Source: Octopus bimaculoides (Eukaryota). From it: a stretch of 45,827 nt of DNA. The stretch lies in NCBI RefSeq assembly GCF_001194135.2, contig NC_068982.1:20379425-20425251 (forward strand), given 5' to 3'. The notes under the pieces are model-generated. The model made no database searches. It was not told the origin of the DNA and saw only the letters and a program-made list of their open reading frames with translations. Within the stretch, counting starts at the first letter, position 1, and each line of letters opens with the position of its first letter. Below, in pieces: positions 40,225 through 45,827 of this stretch. The translations under genes were made by a program, and so were the position numbers.

Positions 40225-41728
40225 NNNNNNNNNNNNNNNNNNNNNNNNNNNNNNNNNNNNNNNNNNNNNNNNNNNNNNNNNNNNNNNNNNNNNNNNNNNN
40301 NNNNNNNNNNNNNNNNNNNNNNNNNNNNNNNNNNNNNNNNNNNNNNNNNNNNNNNNNNNNNNNNNNNNNNNNNNNNNNNNNNNNNNNNNNNNNNNNNNNN
40401 NNNNNNNNNNNNNNNNNNNNNNNNNNNNNNNNNNNNNNNNNNNNNNNNNNNNNNNNNNNNNNNNNNNNNNNNNNNNNNNNNNNNNNNNNNNNNNNNNNNN
40501 NNNNNNNNNNNNNNNNNNNNNNNNNNNNNNNNNNNNNNNNNNNNNNNNNNNNNNNNNNNNNNNNNNNNNNNNNNNNNNNNNNNNNNNNNNNNNNNNNNNN
40601 NNNNNNNNNNNNNNNNNNNNNNNNNNNNNNNNNNNNNNNNNNNNNNNNNNNNNNNNNNNNNNNNNNNNNNNNNNNNNNNNNNNNNNNNNNNNNNNNNNNN
40701 NNNNNNNNNNNNNNNNNNNNNNNNNNNNNNNNNNNNNNNNNNNNNNNNNNNNNNNNNNNNNNNNNNNNNNNNNNNNNNNNNNNNNNNNNNNNNNNNNNNN
40801 NNNNNNNNNNNNNNNNNNNNNNNNNNNNNNNNNNNNNNNNNNNNNNNNNNNNNNNNNNNNNNNNNNNTGTGTGTGTGTGTGTGTGTGTGTGTGTTTCTTA
40901 GAGCTTTACTGATACCTGATAATGATTCATCCAACAATGTTATTGCAGTGGCTCTAAAACACAACGGATTTACTAGATCATTGAAGCAAATAGAACAAAA
41001 AAAAAAGAAAAGAAAAGTTACCCGGTGCTATGCAAGTATCTGCCCACACATGGAAAAATTGGATTCCATTTCAAAAAAATGGTGAATCCTCACGTGAAAG
41101 AACTGACTCGGAGAAGAGTAACAATTTAGAAAATCCCACGTGGAATGCCAAATAAAGATGGCAGAAACAAAACAACTACTAAAGGCGGCAAAGCAACTGG
41201 AAGAAAGAAACGAAATAAAAGACTATAAGAAGAGCAGCTACAACACCACGTGTCAAAACAACGAAAAATGTAACGGAGCGTAGTGAAAGCCTCATAAAAC
41301 AGACTACAGTGTCAAAAGGGGAGCCACAGAAAGAAACAGCAAAAGAATCAGAACAGTACGAGAAATAGGTACCACGTGAAAATTGTTTGCAAGCATGACA
41401 AAATGGAGTGGGACTGCCGCGTTGACCATTCAAAACTCAGGGAGAACGGAATCCATTGTAGAAAGTACTCTCTGCTTAAACAACAAGCGCCCTGTTGGAG
41501 AGATAATATTATGCGCGAAATCTAACATGAATATCCTGCTGCCAAATATTTTAACCGAGAAAGCGAGGCAGATTCCTCTTTGGTCATTGCTAATAAAGAT
41601 AAATGCTTGAAACATCTAAATGTTTGAAAAAATAGTTGTCACTTCTCCTCAATCGCTCATTCAGTTTTGAAATTCCGTTTGGAAATGAACGTCTATGTAT
41701 GTGTATGTTTGTGTATGTAAGTGTGTCT

Positions 41729-41766
<38 letters not shown>

Positions 41767-42007
41767 GGTGGGAGAGAGGTAGAGAGAGAGAGAAAGAGAG
41801 AGACAGGTGGGAGAGAGGTAGAGAGATGTGCTTCCTTTCCGTTAAATTGTTAAGCGTTGAATCACAGTAATGAATGTAGCAAATGTGAAATTGTGTAGTC
41901 ACAGCAAGCGCGTGTACGCCGGAGCGTAAAGACAATGAATCTGCGAAGTTCCTTGAATAACTGAAAGTGGCTCTTCTCTGTTAGCTTTACATTCACTCGT
42001 ATACTAA

Positions 42008-42158
42008 ACGTTCTGAGTTGAAATTGCACGGAAGTCAACTTCGAATTTTAACCCCACAGGTTCAATGAAATAAGGCATCAGTCACTTACTTGGGTCTACG
42101 TTACTGAGTGACCCTAATTTCTCAAAATTGCTGGTCGTATGCCATATGTTAAAATTAG
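42008..42158 (+). mobile_element. Decayed SINE family B copy (B box to 3' tail)
   Basis: acgttctgagttgaaattgcacggaagtcaacttcgaatttt..aaataaggcatcagt..ttgggtc..caaaatt is collinear with 37220-37340. A decayed head may extend further upstream. Confidence 0.6.
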
Positions 42159-42187
42159 TTTTGAATTCATAGTAGCAGCAGCATTTG

Positions 42188-42191
<4 letters not shown>

Positions 42192-42263
<72 letters not shown>
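42192..42263. repeat. Perfect 72-bp palindrome formed by (ACT)12 followed by (AGT)12
   Basis: The ACT run switches to AGT at the central ctag (42226-42229). The arms are exact reverse complements with no spacer. Confidence 0.95.
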
Positions 42264-44340
42264 CACTGTTGTTTGGTTGGTAGTGGTATTCATAACGTTG
42301 CTGTTGCTCCCGGTCAGATCGCTTTAATCTTCAACTGTTTAAACCCATATCATCCACATGACAGGCAAATAAAAATGCGCATTAAAAATATAGAAACCTC
42401 GCAAGATATCAATATGCTATTTCAAAACGTTTACTGAATATAATTCCGTCTTTTATTCCTTGATTTCCATTGCATTGTTATTAATGTTGTTTTTAATAAT
42501 TTCTATATTATCTCTGCAGTATTTGCTTCAATTCCATTGTTTCCATTTAACATGTAAAAAACGCATTTTGTTGCAACACGTAATGCATTCAAAGTTTGAA
42601 AATCGGTAATATTGACAGCAATATTCTTTTCATGCTGAAGTTTGTAATTTTTTCTTAGTTTCCTTTTGCTTTCCTTTAACTTTTATAGTCAACATACGAG
42701 GAACATAAAAGTAAAAAAGTAAAAAAAAAAAGGAAATAAGAATTTATTTAACGTGACATATCAAATAATCTTTAAAAATATCAGTTAAAAACCTCGTTTG
42801 AATTTATGATTTCCATTGCAAAGTTATCTTATTATATTTTTGTTTTAATTCTAAAGCAAAAATTAATTCTGTTTTCCTGTTTGTGATAATATTCAAGAAA
42901 CGAAAGAATGCTAGATTTCTACAAATATAATGCTCCCTAACTCTACACGTGCTTCTTTTAAAAATTGATATTTTTTACAAGCATGCATGTAATTGTCGAT
43001 CTTGGCATACATTTAGACATGCACAAACACCAACACACACGCATGCAAACATTCATGCACACACATATACACACAAATATATATATTACCACACAAGCAC
43101 ATAAAAAGTCATATATATATATATATTTGTATGTACGTATATATACACACATGAATGCATATATGTGTATGTGCGCACGTTTGTGTACGTGTGTGCAAGT
43201 GTGTTTCTGGGTGTGAATGGGCGTGCATGTGCTTTCTTGTGTGTGTAAAAATAACATTGTATTGTATTTAATCTCCTTTTAAAATATGCAGCAAAGATTT
43301 TGGTATTTGATTGCATGTGATACGTGGTACACTTCTAAAACCATCAAAAATACACAAAAAACTGACATAATGATACAAAGAAAATCTGTGCATGTATACG
43401 TTGTGTATGTTTGAGCATGTGTGTGTCCGAGAGAGAGAGAGAGAGAGAAAGGGAGATGTAACGCTACATGAGTTATGCAAAGGCAACGAGATTCTTGGGC
43501 ATACTAAGTGCATAAACACAAGCAAACATGCATGCATATATATGCATGCATACATATATACGGATATATATATANNNNNNNNNNNNNNNNNNNNNNNNNN
43601 NNNNNNNNNNNNNNNNNNNNNNNNNNNNNNNNNNNNNNNNNNNNNNNNNNNNNNNNNNNNNNNNNNNNNNNNNNNNNNNNNNNNNNNNNNNNNNNNNNNN
43701 NNNNNNNNNNNNNNNNNNNNNNNNNNNNNNNNNNNNNNNNNNNNNNNNNNNNNNNNNNNNNATATATATATATATATATATATAAATCAAATCAAAGGTA
43801 GGACAAAAAGAATACAACTAGCAGAATCGCACAACATGCGGAAAAATATACAATAACATGACATCAAACAGGATAGGAATACAACACACGGGACATTCAC
43901 AGCAATTTTTCCTCATTAGTTGATTTTTGGAAAGTCATTATAGTTTATTAGCCTTTTAATACCGAGGCTACTGAAATCCTACATGGTCCCGTGGACCTCT
44001 ATATGTATATAGGGACATTTTGGGACATATAATGCCTCAGATGAATTAGGATATTTTTGAGAACATTAATGATTTTGTATAATATTGAAAGTATTTCGTT
44101 GAATCAATCTTGGACTTGTTCTTTTACAATTCACTGTTACCCGAATTCAGCACTGCCTGATCGAGTGTATATTCCATTGCATTCATTATAGCGAACGTCG
44201 AAATGTTGCATGCACTAAACAAATCTGTAAAGCATTAAGCCACATACACAGAGAGACAGACAGAGACACACAGGCACACATACACACACAGACACACATA
44301 CAAGCACACACAAACGTACACACAAGAACGCGCGTATATA

Positions 44341-44473
44341 CGGAGAGGGGATGCTGAAAAGTTCCAAGATTCACACATGTATTGCATTTGTCCTTCAGTT
44401 TTTTGAAACCCGGTAAAATTTCTAAGAAGTTTGGGCCTTTCGCATTAACCCTAGAACTTTTCACCACCTCTCA
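44341..44473. mobile_element. Mariner-derived MITE (~133 bp)
   Basis: TA|cggagaggggatgctgaaaagttcc ... agaacttttcaccacctctca|TA. The termini are imperfect inverted repeats sharing tgaaaagttc, TA flanks both ends and there is no coding capacity. Confidence 0.75.
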
Positions 44474-45793
44474 TATGTATATATATATATAGAAATGCGT
44501 TTTGCAAATCAATCGATCGGATTTATAATCACATCCCTAACGAGATTCCCAAATGCACCAATTCATAGTCAAGTACATACATACACATGTACACACAAGC
44601 AGAAACACATAGACACACACACACATGCAGAAACACTGACAAAAACATACACACACACGTAAATGGAGTGCATATACATACGTGTGCTTGTAAGCAGAAA
44701 TGAAACGTACACATAAAATATAGGTGAAGTACAAGCATTTTTCTAATGTTACGACATGCATACGAAAAACATGTGTGAAGAAATATCCCAGCGTCAGAAA
44801 GTCACCAATTTAGCAAAAATTACTATGCTTCACTAATGTAATAAAGTACAGAAAGTCGACATTTATTTGGAACATGTATTACAAGGATGTAGTACATGGA
44901 CTGGATGTCACGAAGAAGAAAATCAAGCTCCAAAATTATTCAGAAGACAGAATTTAATTTTTCATATAAAAATAATTTATTATTTTACAATTTTTAAACG
45001 AACGCTGAACATAGAGTGTACAAAGGAATATGTTGCTGTTGTGAACGTTAACTAATTTAAACATTTGCTGAAGAATATACATAGAAAGACATTATTTAGT
45101 TTGACATCACTTACAATATATTTTAACTGTGTAAGATTATAGGGCAGTTTCCTCTTTTACCATCGTAAAATAAATTGAGAAAACAATTTTGTTTATATTG
45201 ATGCGAAGCAAAATAAAGCATTTATTAATGATAAAGAGCGTACATATGAGGAAGATTATCACCAAATAAAAATTATAAGGCATATTACCCACGAATTCCT
45301 AGTAATATTCAACTGAAATGATTGTTGCCAACAGTCCAAGTGCATCAAATAAATTCTGAAAGGTTCACCTGAAATAATTTTCGACTCGTCCGATGCTCGG
45401 GAAGAATGAAATAGTCTTTTACGTTTCGAACCTATAGTTTTCCACAGAAGGTATTAAGAGGAAAAAAGTCGAGGTAATGAAAAACAAAAAAAAAACAAAA
45501 AAAACGGGGAGTGATGAATATATACATAAATCTATATATCTCTATATCTATAAATAAATATGTTTGTGCGTGTGAGTATGTGTGTATGTTTTCGAAACGC
45601 TTACTTTTAGAATGGTGGCAGCTGATGAAGGAAATGTTCTCTATGTGGCCTGTGTGTATTCCGTACTTTGTTTATCATTTTGTCCACGATTTTTTTTGTA
45701 ACGTACTGTACCCAGATATGCATCTATATATACATGTAGATGTAGGTATGTACATACATGTACGTATATATGCATATGCGCATTTATTATTTG

Positions 45794-45827
<34 letters not shown>

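Noticed and set aside
41100-41560. Purine-rich stretch weakly like the RTE endonuclease-RT linker (KLFASMTKWSG..CWRD..MREI)
   Set aside because: No diagnostic catalytic motif and many stops. Unsupported without an HMM search.

Overview
AT-rich eukaryotic non-coding DNA, most likely from an octopus short-read assembly. That species call is an inference from the tRNA-headed SINE families and the very dense (TA)n/(CA)n/(TCTA)n microsatellites. About 3.0 kb lies in 12 N-gaps. I find no host protein-coding exon, rRNA, true tRNA or CRISPR array. The window holds many decayed transposons: five Tc1/mariner-superfamily elements (one full-length DD34D mariner with both TIRs, two truncated or internally deleted mariners, one internally deleted DD37D maT element, one ~130-bp MITE), three Penelope-like retroelement fragments (one RT core, two GIY-YIG-bearing), one R4/Dong-type restriction-like endonuclease fragment, and about eight copies of three tRNA-derived SINE families. 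Most supplied ORFs are microsatellite, gap or antisense artefacts. I see no convincing new biological system. The most interesting items are structural: fused or chimeric elements, a 72-bp spacer-less palindrome, higher-order trinucleotide arrays and a module shared between two SINE families. All family assignments were made by eye from motifs; no database search was run.
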